From the NCBI RefSeq assembly GCF_009914755.1, contig NC_060934.1: DNA of 64,000 bases, one strand, 5' to 3'. This DNA is from the human T2T-CHM13v2.0 reference genome, Homo sapiens. Made by a program: the position numbers and the translations under genes. Of this stretch, positions 45,594-58,565 are shown piece after piece; position 1 is the first letter of the stretch, and each line of letters begins with the position of its first letter. The notes under the pieces were generated by a model, which was given only the letters and a program-made list of their open reading frames with translations, was not told the DNA's origin and did not search any database.

Positions 45594-45917
45594 GGCCAGG
45601 CATAGTGGCTCACGCCTGTAATCCCAGCACTTTGGAGGCTGAGGCAGGCAGATTGCTTGAGCCCAGGAGTTCGAGACTAGCCTGGGCAACATGCCAAAAC
45701 CCCATCTCTACAAAAAATACAAAAATTAGCTGGGTGTGGTGGCACGTGCCTGTAGTTCCAGCTACTCAGTAAGCTGAGATGGGAGGATGGCTTGAGCCCA
45801 GGAGGCAGAGGCTGCAGTGAGCCAAGATTACACTATTGCACTCCAGCCTGGGTGACAGAGTAAGAGCCTGCCTCAAAAAAAGAGTTAAGAATAAAAAATA
45901 AAAATAAAAAATAAAAT
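45594..45917 (+). mobile_element. AluJ
   Basis: Dimer with gcttgagcccaggag in both arms; (taaaaa)n tail. Confidence 0.93.
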
Positions 45918-46464
45918 AGTCACTAGGGTTACTATAGGTCTTTAAAAGATAAGATAATGTTATAAATAAATTTATGCCAACAAATTTGACAACTTTGAAC
46001 ATATACACAAATTTCTTGAAAAATAAGACTTATCAAAACTGACAAAAGAAGAAGTATAAAATTCAAACAGCCTTATATTTAATAAAGGAATTGGATTTAT
46101 AATTTAAAACTTTCCACAAAGAAAACACTTGGTCTAGATGGATTTACTGTTGAATTCTTCCAAACACTTATGAAGGAAAAAGTATTAATTTTACACAAAC
46201 TCTTTTAACATAGTATAGATTCAAAACCTAACAAGTAGACAATGTAAGAAAAGGACAGCATAGTATAGATTTAAAACCTAACAAAGCTATACCAGAGTAA
46301 TATTGGTGCAAGGACAGACAGACAGTGGAATGAAATGGAACAGAGTCCAGAAACAGATCCACATGCATGTACATTTAAATCCATTACTACGAAGGTCCCC
46401 CAGCAATTCAGCAGGAGAAAAGGAGTCTTTTCAATAAACAATGTTATGTCAACTGGATAGCCAT

Positions 46465-46645
46465 TGTCTTAGTCTGTGTTGTTGTAACAAAATACCTGAG
46501 ACTGGTTATTTACAAAGGATAGAAATTCCTCACAGTTCTGGAAACTGGGGAGTCCCAGTTAAGGCACTGGCATTGGTGTCTGGTGAGGGCTTTTCTCAGC
46601 TTCCAAGATGGTGCCCTGTTGCTGCTTCCTCATGTGGCAGAAGGT
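46465..46645 (-). mobile_element. MST-type MaLR LTR fragment
   Basis: tgtcttagtctg...aatacctgagactgg...ttccaagatggtgcc. Confidence 0.75.
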
Positions 46646-47052
46646 TTTGTTAATAAAAAACAGTATTTTGATTTATTAATTAGATATATATATTTTTCTT
46701 TTCTATCTCATCAATTTCTACTTTTATCCTATTGTTTTCTTCCATATTCTTTCTATGGATTGCCTTATTCTCATTTTTTAGTTTTTTTGGGTTAGAAATT
46801 TAATTATTTTTATCCTTTTATTTTAAAATGTAAGTAGTTAAGTCTGTACATTTCCCTTTAATAACTATTTTAAATGTGTTTCATACAAACAGATATGCAG
46901 CGTTTTCATTAACATTATTTTTCAAAAATTTTGTAATTTCTGTATTTACAGTTTTATTCAGGAATCATTTAAGAGAAGGCTTCTTACTTTCCAGGTGGTA
47001 AGGTCTTTTTAAGTTCTGTTATTATTTCTAGTCTTATTGAATTATAATAAAA

Positions 47053-47125
47053 CACTGCACTCCAGCCTGGGCAACAGAGCAAGACTCCGTCTCAAAAAAT
47101 AATAAATAATAAATAAATAAATAAA
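47053..47125 (+). mobile_element. Alu 3' terminal fragment
   Basis: cactgcactccagcctgggcaacagagcaagactccgtctc plus (taaa)n. Confidence 0.9.
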
Positions 47126-47685
47126 TTCTTTGGCAGTATTCACCAAAGCTAAAGATACGTCAACCCTGTAACCCAGCAATCTCACTGCTGGAGAAATTAG
47201 TGCAGATGTTCAACAAACGACATGTATGAATATGTTTATAGCCACATTATTCATAATAGTTAAAACTGGAAAGAACCCAAGTGCCCATCCGGAGTAAAAT
47301 AGATACATAGATTGTGGCATAGAAGCTACTCTACGGAATACTGCACAGCCATAAAAAGGAATGGCTCATGGCTTCAGGCCACAGCATGGATGGATGCCAC
47401 AGACATAACGTGGAGGGAGAGACGCCAGACAGAAAAGACTACATATTCTGGATTCCTTTTCTATGAAGTTCAAAACCAGACAAAAGTAGCCTAGGGTGAT
47501 AATCGAATGGTAGTTTCCTTTGAAGGACTAGCAACTGTAAGAGGCTTGAGGGAGCGTTTTGGGGCACTACAAACGTTCTATGTTTTATTCTGGATCTTGG
47601 TGACATATTAGAAATGTATCGAGCTATACACTTAAGATTTGTGCACATAACTATACCTAAGAAATACTCAATTTAAAAAAAAATC
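47126..47685 (+). mobile_element. L1ME/L1MB 3' end
   Basis: cccagcaatctcact...aaactggaaagaacccaagtgcccatc...cacttaagatttgtgca. Confidence 0.75.
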
Positions 47686-48062
47686 AAAAGAGAAGCTTTA
47701 AGGATTAAAGAAAAAATGAGGGCAAAGTATGGACATTTTCAGACAAATAAAAACGGAGGGAATTTTATTACCAACAGAACCATACTAAAAACATACCAAA
47801 GGAATTTCTCCAGGCTGAAGGAAAGTCACATTGGATGGAAGCGAAGAACTGCAGGAAAGGAGGGAGAGCTTCAGAAAGGAACATGTGAGTAAATATAAAT
47901 TAATATGGCCTGTTTAAGGCAACATTCAAAACAATGTCTCCTGGCATTTAGAGCATATGGAGAAGAAAAATCGATGACAAACGCACAAGGGATGGGACGG
48001 GAGAGATGGAGCAGTACAGTCCCTGCAGTATCCAGAAAGTGTTTAAAGTACCAAATACAGGT

Positions 48063-48411
48063 TGTATTAGTCCGCGTTCACGCTGCTGATGAAGACATAC
48101 CCAGGGCTGGGAAGAAGCCCTCTTAATTGGACTTACAGTTCCACATTGCTGGGGAGGCCTCAGAATCACGGTGGGAGGCGAAAGGCTTTCTCACATGGCA
48201 GCGGCAAGAGAAAATAAGGAAGATGCAAAAGCGGAGCCCCCTGATAAAACTATCAGATCTTGTGAGACTTACTCACTATCACGAGAACAGTATGGGGGAA
48301 CCTCCCCCATGATTCACATTATCTCCCACCAGGTCCCTTCCACAACACCGGGGAATTATGGGAGTTCAATTCAAGATGAAGTTTGGGTAGGGACACAACT
48401 AAGCCATATCA
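48063..48411 (-). mobile_element. THE1A-like solo LTR
   Basis: tgtattagtccg...gaagatgcaaaagcgga...ccatatca. Confidence 0.9.
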
Positions 48412-48718
48412 AGGGTGGATTGTAATAAGTGAATGGTGCATATTTTGATCTCTGTTGTAATCGTTATAAATGACAAAAGAATTTCGGACTAAAAACCTAA
48501 CAGTGGAGAAGATATTTAACGTTGATATGCCAAGAAATGAAGGTATATGCATATTACCGAGGGCTATGACGGTAACCTTAGAAATAACTAAAACAGAACC
48601 GGTTCTAAGAGCTCACCTCTGGGAGGAGATGGGGACATTGCTGCGTTTTTAAAAGTTCATTATTACACTGTAATTTTCGACTATGTATTTGTAATACTTT
48701 TTAAAGAGTGTAAAATTA

Positions 48719-49011
48719 GGCCAGATGCCATGGCTTACACCTGTAATCCCAGCACTTTGGGTGGGCCTAGTCAGGAGGATCTTTTGAGCCCAGGAGTTCA
48801 AAACCAGCCTGGGCAACATAGTGAGACTCCATTTGTAAAAAAGAAAAAAAAAAGTTTAAAAAAATTAGCTGAGCATAGTGGCACGCATCTGTAGTTCCAG
48901 CTACTCAGGAGGCTGAGGCAGGAGTATCACTTGAGCCCAGGAGTTTGAGGCTGAAGTGAGGTGTGATTTCACCGCTGGCCAACAGAGGGACACCCTGTCT
49001 CAGAAAAAAAA
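48719..49011 (+). mobile_element. AluJ
   Basis: Alu dimer; TSD gtgtaaaatta. Confidence 0.93.
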
Positions 49012-49157
49012 GGTGTAAAATTAACTTTGTTCCAAGGATTGAAGTTGAATTGTTGGATAAATTTAAATGACTGCCTGAACCCACTGTGATTCCACAATCA
49101 TTCCAGGACAGTGGGCTTGCCTTTGTGGGCACTGACACTGGCTCCTCCTAGATTAAG

Positions 49158-49679
49158 TGAAGGCAGCAGAATATGACCCCCCAGAATACGCCACTTTGGC
49201 AGGATTGCTTTGAGCTGCAGGCACCTGTGAAGCAGACACAAAAAAAGCTGTTTGTCCTCCCCACTATTTGCTTAAAGGTGGGACATAACTTTAAAGATTT
49301 CCCTTCTCCCCTCTTATCATAGAAGGACAAAGACTGATCACTCACCAGAAACCTGACACCCTTATCAGTCTGAGGGCAGCATCCAAGGACTCTCAGTAAC
49401 AAAGTTTACTAAGTGGCATTTATCTACCTTGAGTTTCCCATCACTTGCCTCCCTTACACCCTTCTTTTTTTGTTTTAGTTGAAGATGCTGTATAAGCCAG
49501 AGATCTAGGCTACCTCTTTGAGATTTACTGTTTATTCCTTGGGTATCTGCCATGCATACATGAGGTATACACACTAATAAATGTCTCCTTGTTTTTCTCT
49601 TATTAATCTGGTATTGTTATGGGGGTCCCAGCTAAGAACTATGAAGGGTAAAAGAACAATTATTTTTGCCTCCTCTACA
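49158..49679 (+). mobile_element. ERV1 solo LTR (MER34-like)
   Basis: TG...CA ends; perfect 4-bp TSD taag; internal tataag and aataaa; gccactttggc...tttgagctg start. Confidence 0.8.
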
Positions 49680-52600
49680 TAAGCAACCACTGTGCCTGAG
49701 GCCAGGAGAGAAAGGAGAGAAACATGGATGCTGAGCCCAGTGAGTCTGCTTTCTTCCAGTTAGGTGAGGACCAGATGGTAGCTGGAGTGACACTGAACAG
49801 TCATGTATGAGGGTGGAAGGGCCCTCACTTCCCGTGGGTAACTAGGACAGTTTAGTGGTAAGCCTGGAGTACCATGAGCTATACCTGGTCGGTGATGCTT
49901 AGCAGGGGAGAATGGCCCCAGGCAGGATCTGATCCAGGGAAGCCAGCTGGAGGAAGGATCAGTCAACCCTTAACACACCTTAATTAAACAGAAGCAGAGC
50001 CTGTGGTGTCCAAGACTTGGGCATTATTTATCCATAAGGGGCAGAGCAGGATGATGTCAGCCTGTCAAGTTTCAAGAATATTTCTAAGTGAAAAAAGAAT
50101 ATATTTTTAGCTGGATACAATAGGGATTTTAAATCCGCATGTATCTCACTCCAATTGTGGTTTCAGCAGCTTTGAGTTCCTTCAGGTGCTTTGAGGTCCC
50201 TGGTTACTTCGCTTTAGACATTTTAACTTCAGCTAAAATAACTCCACTAACTCCAGCACGTGCCCTACACATTATTTTATTTCACAAAGCTGTGGCTGAT
50301 TCTCCCAGGGATTTTGCTTTGAAGGATTGTTAAAGGTTTCAGGGATACTGAAATGATTCATTGGTGAAAGGGGCAGGCAGGTGGTACAATGGGCAGAGGC
50401 GGGGCTTGGTGCCATGGAGGCGTATGTCCAGTGCTGGCTTTGCCCAAAGGGGCGTGGCGTCAGCTCCTTCCCTGTAACGGAGGTTGTAATACTGACCCGA
50501 TCTATGTGATAGGTGGATGTGCAGGAGAGCCATCCACATTGCATAATGATGTGACTGTCCTTTTAGAATTTAAAACACTCTATACCAGGAGGCTACTGTT
50601 GCTCTTAAGCATTTTAGAGGTGATTCAAAATGTGCAGGCCAATATATTAAAATACCCCTTGAAATACTCTTAAACTACAGCTATAGAGCGACATCCAAAG
50701 TGGGGAGAAAGATGCCCCAAGTTTGACCTTGCACTACCAGCCCCTTTTAAAAGAATTGCATGGATTTGGGGAAACATTGGTTGATTTATTAAATGACATG
50801 CTGGATGATTATTGAAAGCAAGAGACTTGATGTGGTATAAATGGCACCCACAAATGAATATGGCACCCTTCTTTCTAAACCCCAGGATCTGCCTGTAATC
50901 TACAGGTAAGCAAGGCAGAAATTCAAGCCCTGCTTATGACTGATGGCGTTGGACTTTGCAGAATGTCCTGCTTACCTAAGAGTAGTGCTCATCTGTTAGA
51001 AAATAGGGCTACTAGAACTCTATTTGAAAATGGGTATATGGGTATATGGGATACCAAGAGTAACACATTCACTGGAAATCAAAGAGAATCCATTGTTGCT
51101 CCAATAGCCGAGGCATCTATCTCCTACAGAGGTGACTGTCTTTCAAACATTCAATATTGCTTACCCAAGATCCTGGCTTTTCAGACTCTTGCTGGGTGCA
51201 GGATTTATATGATTTCATCTGGGATGATCTACAAGGAACCTCCACTGGAAAGAGCTTCATTTGTGCTTCTGTAAACAAAACCCACTCAGCAGCCTGTCCC
51301 TTCCCCTTCACAAAAGACCCATGGGCAGTACGGTGAGTATATATCAGAATAAGGGAGCAGTCCATCATGGACAGAATGGCACCTCTCAGACTCTACTAGC
51401 CATCCATCACCAGAGCAAGTTGTTGCTCTAATGATATATTAGTGTAATAATCTGCACAGGACACGCCAATGATGTATTACTCAAAAGATGGCCTTACTTA
51501 AGGAGGCGAGGTTCCAGGAAGTGCCTGGGTACCTTTGGAGGCGATTGGAAGGCTTCCACCAAATCTAAAGTCAGCCAGCAAGCACCATTCAATGGAAGCC
51601 ACTTTCTCAGCAGCAGAGAGGAATACTGGTTTTAAATTACATCTCCTGTCATCTTTGTAATAAATCTGCAGCCCTATTTGACCTTGGTGTCTTGGCTAAT
51701 TCTAATTTGCAGGCACCATCTTGGTTGGCAGAGAGAAATATGGAATTTTGCTCTGAGGAGTTTCTGAATCAGAAGATAGTCATGCTCTCTGTGTGTCTCT
51801 TTCTTAGGGAGGCTGTGGTGCAGAATTCCTTAGAGATTGCCAATTAGTTTGGAATAATTGAAATCACCTATGATGATAATTTTATTGAACACATACTTGG
51901 CCTTCTCATATGGTGTTTCTTTGCATCTCCTGCTCTATAAAAATAGATCTATTTTCCTCCCCGTTTCTCTTCCCTTAAAATGTTTCATGTTATTGAAAAC
52001 AGAAGATTGCTTGTCAAATGTTTTATTGGCCACACGGGTGTGACCGTCAATCCTCTTCCTCGCTCCACGTGTGCATATGCACATCATTAGCTGAACTCCA
52101 CCAGTCATGCTCCTGGAAAAATGCTGCTAATTGGGTAAACAGATACACAGAAACTAATTAAAACATAGCATTTACATCATAATAACTGCACTTGGTGAAG
52201 ACTAATAGAAACCTCACAGCAAGTGAAAAATTTCACCCTACAAATTGTTCTCTGTGGACATAATTGCTGTGCTGGTAGAGGTGAGTGCATTAGGCAGTGT
52301 TTACGACGGTGGGGGCACTTGTCTGTGCCTGGCAATGAATTAGGCCTACAACTGCTGTGAAGGAGGCACAGCATCAGAGAACAAGCAGCATGCCAGTCCC
52401 ATCATTCTCAGAATGCCTCCCTCGGTGAGGCTGGGCTGTGCTGTCCCTTCCCACTCAAGCCTCAGCCTCTTCCTCCAAGTGCACCTGTAACAGGGCCTCT
52501 GGACCATGCTTGGGCTGTGTGCTGTGTGCTGTATTCTTAGGAAAACAATCCAGGACCACCGACCTGATGGATAGTGCTTTAGGCTGGTAATCACAGGTAA

Positions 52601-52983
52601 TATTCTAAGAGAGTGCGAAACCATGGAATTATCCTTTCATGCTTGGTTGTCTGCGAGGGGCACTCTAGTGGAACAGAAGTGTGGTGTCAGGGAAGCTGTG
52701 CTCTGGGCATTATCATTACCTCAGGGTCCTTACTGCCTGGACTTCTTTTCCTTGGCTGCCTCAGCTTCTGCTCCCTTTTTTTTTTGAAGCCCCAGCCAAC
52801 CTCACTCCAGTTTCTTGTGCAACCAGCCTGGCTCCAGGTTCCTTATCACAGAGGGTCCCTGAATAAACCAGAGGCTGGGAAGGATAGGGAACAGATACAG
52901 AAACTTTCACCACTCCCATGGGCTGACAGCTTCCCCGGCAACCTGCCACAGAACACTGGGTGAGCCCCAGCTCTCCAGCGAAC

Positions 52984-53060
52984 ATGACAGTGGTGTCGTT
53001 GGTGATAGTGATGGTGATGCTGACGGTGTACACAACAACAACAGCAACAGCAACAACGAA
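52984..53060. repeat. Degenerate (GAT/GGT)n then (CAA/CAG)n triplet repeats
   Basis: Direct inspection. Confidence 0.75.
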
Positions 53061-53539
53061 AACTGAGCCACAGCACCGTCCTGGTAAAGGAAATTAAGTC
53101 ATGTATTCAAAGACTTATTTATCTCGATGAAGCAAGTTTTATCCCAGCAAATCAGGATGGCTTGAAGTAGTGACCACAAACTGATTTTAAAATCCAATGG
53201 GAAAAGATCTACTTGTCCAGTGCTAGTTTGTGGCATTGTAAATTGGTACCGTCCTTTGGGAAAGCCATTTGGCAACACGTGGTAAGAGCATAAAAGTATG
53301 CATGGGATGGGCCCACTCATATCACTTCTGAGCATCTCTCCCGAGGGACCTGTTTAAACGCAGACTCTGCACTCTCCTCCCTCACTGCATTTCCCACTTG
53401 GTGCTTTTGTCCACAGTGGCAGCTTCAGCTTCACCCCAAAGCTGCCAACTCTGGAACAGACACCTCCAGCGTTGCCTTGAGGGTCTGTTCCAAACTTACA
53501 ACCATCTGAGAACTTCCCATATGGAGAGTTTTTTTTTTT

Positions 53540-53945
53540 TCTTTTTCACAAAATTCTGAATTCCAAATGAAGCCCCAACAACCTCTCCTCCTTGCTCTGG
53601 CCAGGCTGGGACCTCTGAGCCTGGTTCACCACCTCCCCGCCAGCACACTCAAGTTCATCAGCAACCAAGTCTCCTGTCCCACTGACCCTCCTCTGCCCAG
53701 GTCTTGCATCTCCTGCCTGGACCACAGGAAAGCCCACAGGGCTCCCAGCCTTCCATCCTGCCCATGCCAATCGGGTCTCCCCCTGCCATCTTCCTGGAAC
53801 ACAAGGCCTACCCTTCTCTTTTCTACCCCGAAGCTACCAGTCTTGTCTTTTCTCCTCTCTACATGTCATTTCTATACAAAATATCCAAATTTCTTGATAT
53901 GGCCCCAGATTGCCTTTCTCAACCACCTATCCTATTACACCCCTC
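53540..53945 (+). mobile_element. Probable L2 fragment
   Basis: Pyrimidine-rich; catctcctgcctggaccac...; tacaaaatatccaaatttcttgatatggcc. Confidence 0.55.
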
Positions 53946-53946
53946 C

Positions 53947-54328
53947 TGTATTTTTTTTGCCAAGGCTGCCACAAACTTGATGCCTTAAATCATAGTAATT
54001 CATTGTCTCACAGTTCTAGATACTAGGAGTGCAAGATCAGAGGGTCAGTAGCGTTGATCCTTCAGAGGGAAGGATCTGTTCCAGGCCTCTCTCCTTGGCT
54101 TGTAGGGGGCCAGCTTCACGTTGACATGATGTTCTCCCCGTGTGTGTGTCTGTGTTTAAATATCCCCCATTTCACATGGACACCAGTCATATTGGATTAG
54201 GGGTCCTCCCTCCTGAGGTGTGATATCATTCTAATTACATCTGTAATGACCCTATTTCCAAATAAGGTGGCATTCTGAGGTACTGAGGGTTAGGACTTTT
54301 AGGGGGAAATGCAATTCAATTTATAGCA
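53947..54328 (-). mobile_element. MLT1B-like solo LTR
   Basis: gagggaaggatctgttccaggcctctctccttggcttgtag...ccctatttccaaataagg. Confidence 0.85.
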
Positions 54329-55269
54329 CCTTCTCAAACAATCTTTATTTTAAAACCCCAGTGAACTTAGCACCATTCATGAATAGACCATGAACTTTCT
54401 TGCCTTGATACTTGCTCATCTTTTTCCAGCTGCTAAAATCCCACCATGTGTCAAATAGTCCTTCCTGTGTTGACGAACAGCTAGAGTAACACATAGGACC
54501 ATTTCATGAAGAATGTTACAATTTACCAATCACGCGGCTCAGTCAAGTCCTGCCCAAGGCCAACGTTAGGTAAGTGTTCACAAAGGTTCCATAAACTAGG
54601 CTGTTAAAACATTTCCTCCAGCTTCCTCCATATTCAGTACTCTCCTCTCCTTCACCTTGTGCCCATGTAACACAGTGCCCATGTAACAAAGAGAGAGAAA
54701 AAAACTTTTCTGACAGGAGATTATCTAGTGGTCTTATCTTGGTCTTTGAGAGTCCAGTGTGTGTAACAGCAGCACTAAATTCTACACAATGTTTTGATGA
54801 TCCCAAGCTATATAAATTGTACACATAATTGGGACTGAGTCCTATTAGAGGAAGTTGGTATGTAAGGTTATCTTCCAAAAACATTAGTTGGGACAACAGG
54901 GATAACAAAAATCCATCAACAAATGGTTGGCCTTTTGATAGCTTTCTGCCTTAATGCCACATAAGGCAGGCAGACAGATAAGCCAAAAATTTGTCTGCAT
55001 TCACCTCTAATTATGTTTTGGTGTTATAAATGATTAATAGTAGCCCTCAACAAAATGCGTTTCTGTCTTCCTAATCAAATAATTGTCACGTCTGCTGTAC
55101 TGCTCAAGAAATTGTTTTGTTGGTCTTATGGCATTTAGATTGTTTCGCACCCATTTCCTAGATAGACTCTATGCACCTTCCCAGCAGAGACCTAGCTGCT
55201 AATATACTCATGTTACATATGCCAAGCACTGTTCTTGGTGCCAGAGATAGAATCGTTGATGGATGCAGT

Positions 55270-56077
<808 letters not shown>

Positions 56078-57862
56078 TGGTAAGTAAGATTATTTTGCCC
56101 TCTTGGCATTTATAGTCAGGTCCAAGGGGTTAAAATATGAGAAACATCTAAATATCCACTAACAGGAGACTGTTTTGGATATAGTGTATTAACCCTAAAG
56201 AGATAACCTGCGAGAGATACTCTGCTGACATTAAAATTTCTGAAAGAGAAAAGAAAGCTTAAAAGGCATTTTGTTGCTAAACATTGACTTCATATGTAAA
56301 AACACAAAATACTTATCATGATTACATAAGTCATTTTATACATGAATAAATATTTGTAACAGAGACAAAAAATAATTGCTTGTAAATTGTAGGATGTAAG
56401 TGCAATTCTTGTCTATTTGAAGTTTCAGTTGAAGATGAAGTAAAATTGTTTTAGAAAAAAAATTGGGAAAATATAGATAATTTGTAGCAGGCTCCATAAG
56501 AAAGTCATGAAGAGGATAAAATGGCCTGGAGAATAAACCAGAGGAACTAGGCTGTAATTTAGTTTAAAAGTTATGGTGATAAAATCCTAAATGTAATATT
56601 CTACCTTTCCTATATAAATGTGCTTCCAGACGATCTGTTCAATATGCACCTATTGAACTGTTTTTCCAATTTATTCATATAATCAGCAAATACATGTTCC
56701 AGACACTATTCCCACTGAGGCTGCAGCAGCAAATTCTTTGCCTGCACAGTTGTACTCCCCGCCTACATTTTCATATTAGCTTGCACTGCAGCATATTTCT
56801 ACCGATCCATTTTACACAGAGAAAATGGATCCCAGAAAGGGTAGGGAATCTCCTAGTCTCACACGTGGTGGATGACGGCACCTGTGGAATTAAAGCCCAG
56901 GGCTCTCAACATATTTTCAGTCTCTTTGAAAAAGTAAACAAAGGCTTAACCCATTAAAGAAGGCTCTTGGGTTAGGGATAAGGAAAACGTCCCATTGCAA
57001 GGTCCATTGAGCACCAGTTCAAGTTCTCAAGGTGGAATTGCTAGAATATGAAGTAGCTGAAGAGGGAAAAAAACACGCAGGGAAAAGAAGAAAACAAGGG
57101 AAGAGTCAAGAATGTAAAAAGTTGAGTTTCATGCATTGATAACAACTGGATGTGACTATTTTAGTATTTATCGTTTTGTTTGTTTTTATCTGGAGGGTAG
57201 AAAAATAATTGTAAATCTGTGCAACGTGTAAACATATTTTATAATTTAAGAAACCCTATGGCATTTCATTATTTGAGAGTCATTAAAAAAAGGACTAAAA
57301 TGTTCCTTCTTTCCCTGGAAGCAGGGCAGCATTCTACATTTTTTCTTAACATAATATGCAAACATTTTTATCCAAAAGTATAAGGATACCAGGGACACAT
57401 AAAACATGTAGTCACCCAGCAATAGCTCCTCTTGCACCCCTGCTCTGTGTCCAGGACTGGGGCTCTAATTCTGCCCTGTCCAACAGCACAAATGGATGGA
57501 AACCTCTCTGGGCCAAGCCATGCCAAGATGATAGGGAGGCTTTCTTAGAGCCTGTGGCATAGCTTGGACAGCCTTGGCTTAAAGAAAGAACAGCAGAGCA
57601 AGCTTCTTCTCAGTGTCAAGAGGCTATGACTCCTCTCTCAAGATGCGACTCATGGTAGCCAGCGGGCTAAGATGAAGATCTCTGTGCTTGAAGAGTTGGT
57701 CAGTCCACAGCCTGGCAGGCCTGGAGGAGACAGGGTTTCTGGAATGCAAGTCCAGTTCATTCTCTAAACCAGAAGTCTCCAACTATAGTTCACAAGCTAA
57801 CTTAGCCTGCAGAGGTGTTTTGTTTGACCCTCACGATAGGGACCACATTTTAAATTCAAAAC

Positions 57863-58292
57863 ACAATTGATCCTTGAACAACAGAGGGATTAGGGACACT
57901 GCATCCTACCCCTACTCACGCAGTCAAAACTTTGCATATTACTTTTGACTCCCCAAAAGCTTAACTACTAATAGCTTACTATTGACTGGAAGCCTTATCA
58001 ATAACATAGTCAGTTAACACATATTTTGTTATTATATGTATTATATACTGTATTCTTACAATGAAGTAAGCTAGAGAAAAGAAATGTTCAGAAAATCATA
58101 AGGAAGAGAAAATATATCTACTATTCATTCAGTGGAAGTGGATCATCATAAAACTCTTCATCCTTGTGGTCTTCACGTTGCATATGCTGAAGAAGAGGAG
58201 GAAGAGGAGGGGTTGGTCTCGCTGTCTCAGGGGTGGCAGCGGCAGAAGGAAATCCAAGTATGAGTGGACTCACGCTCTTTAAGAGTCAATTA
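57863..58292 (+). mobile_element. Tigger2a (MER28)
   Basis: TIRs caattgatccttgaa / ttaagagtcaatt; ttttgactccccaaaagcttaactactaatagc; gaggaggaagaggaggggttggtc. Confidence 0.9.
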
Positions 58293-58294
58293 TA

Positions 58295-58565
58295 GGCTGG
58301 GCGCAGTGGCTCACGCCTGTAATCCCAACACTTTGGGAGGGCAAGGCAGGCGGATCACTTGAGGTCAGGAGTTTGAGACCAGCCTGGCCAACATGACGCA
58401 ACCCCATCTCTACTAAAAATACAAAAATTAGCCAGATGTGGTAGCTACTTGGGAGGCTGAGGCAGGAGAATTGCTTGAGCTGGGAGGCGGAGGTTGCAGT
58501 GAGCCATGATTGCACCACTGTACTCCAGCCTGGGCGATGTAGTGAGACTCGGTATATATATAAAA
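58295..58565 (+). mobile_element. AluS (Sx/Sz) with a ~20-bp right-arm deletion
   Basis: TSD aagagtcaa[t/c]tata at 58281-58294 and 58566-58579. Confidence 0.94.

Noticed and set aside
52761-53076. Poly-Cys/His ORF resembling a metal-binding peptide
   Set aside because: Produced by degenerate triplet repeats; no supporting gene structure
54659-54688. gtgcccatgtaaca repeated twice
   Set aside because: Ordinary slippage duplication
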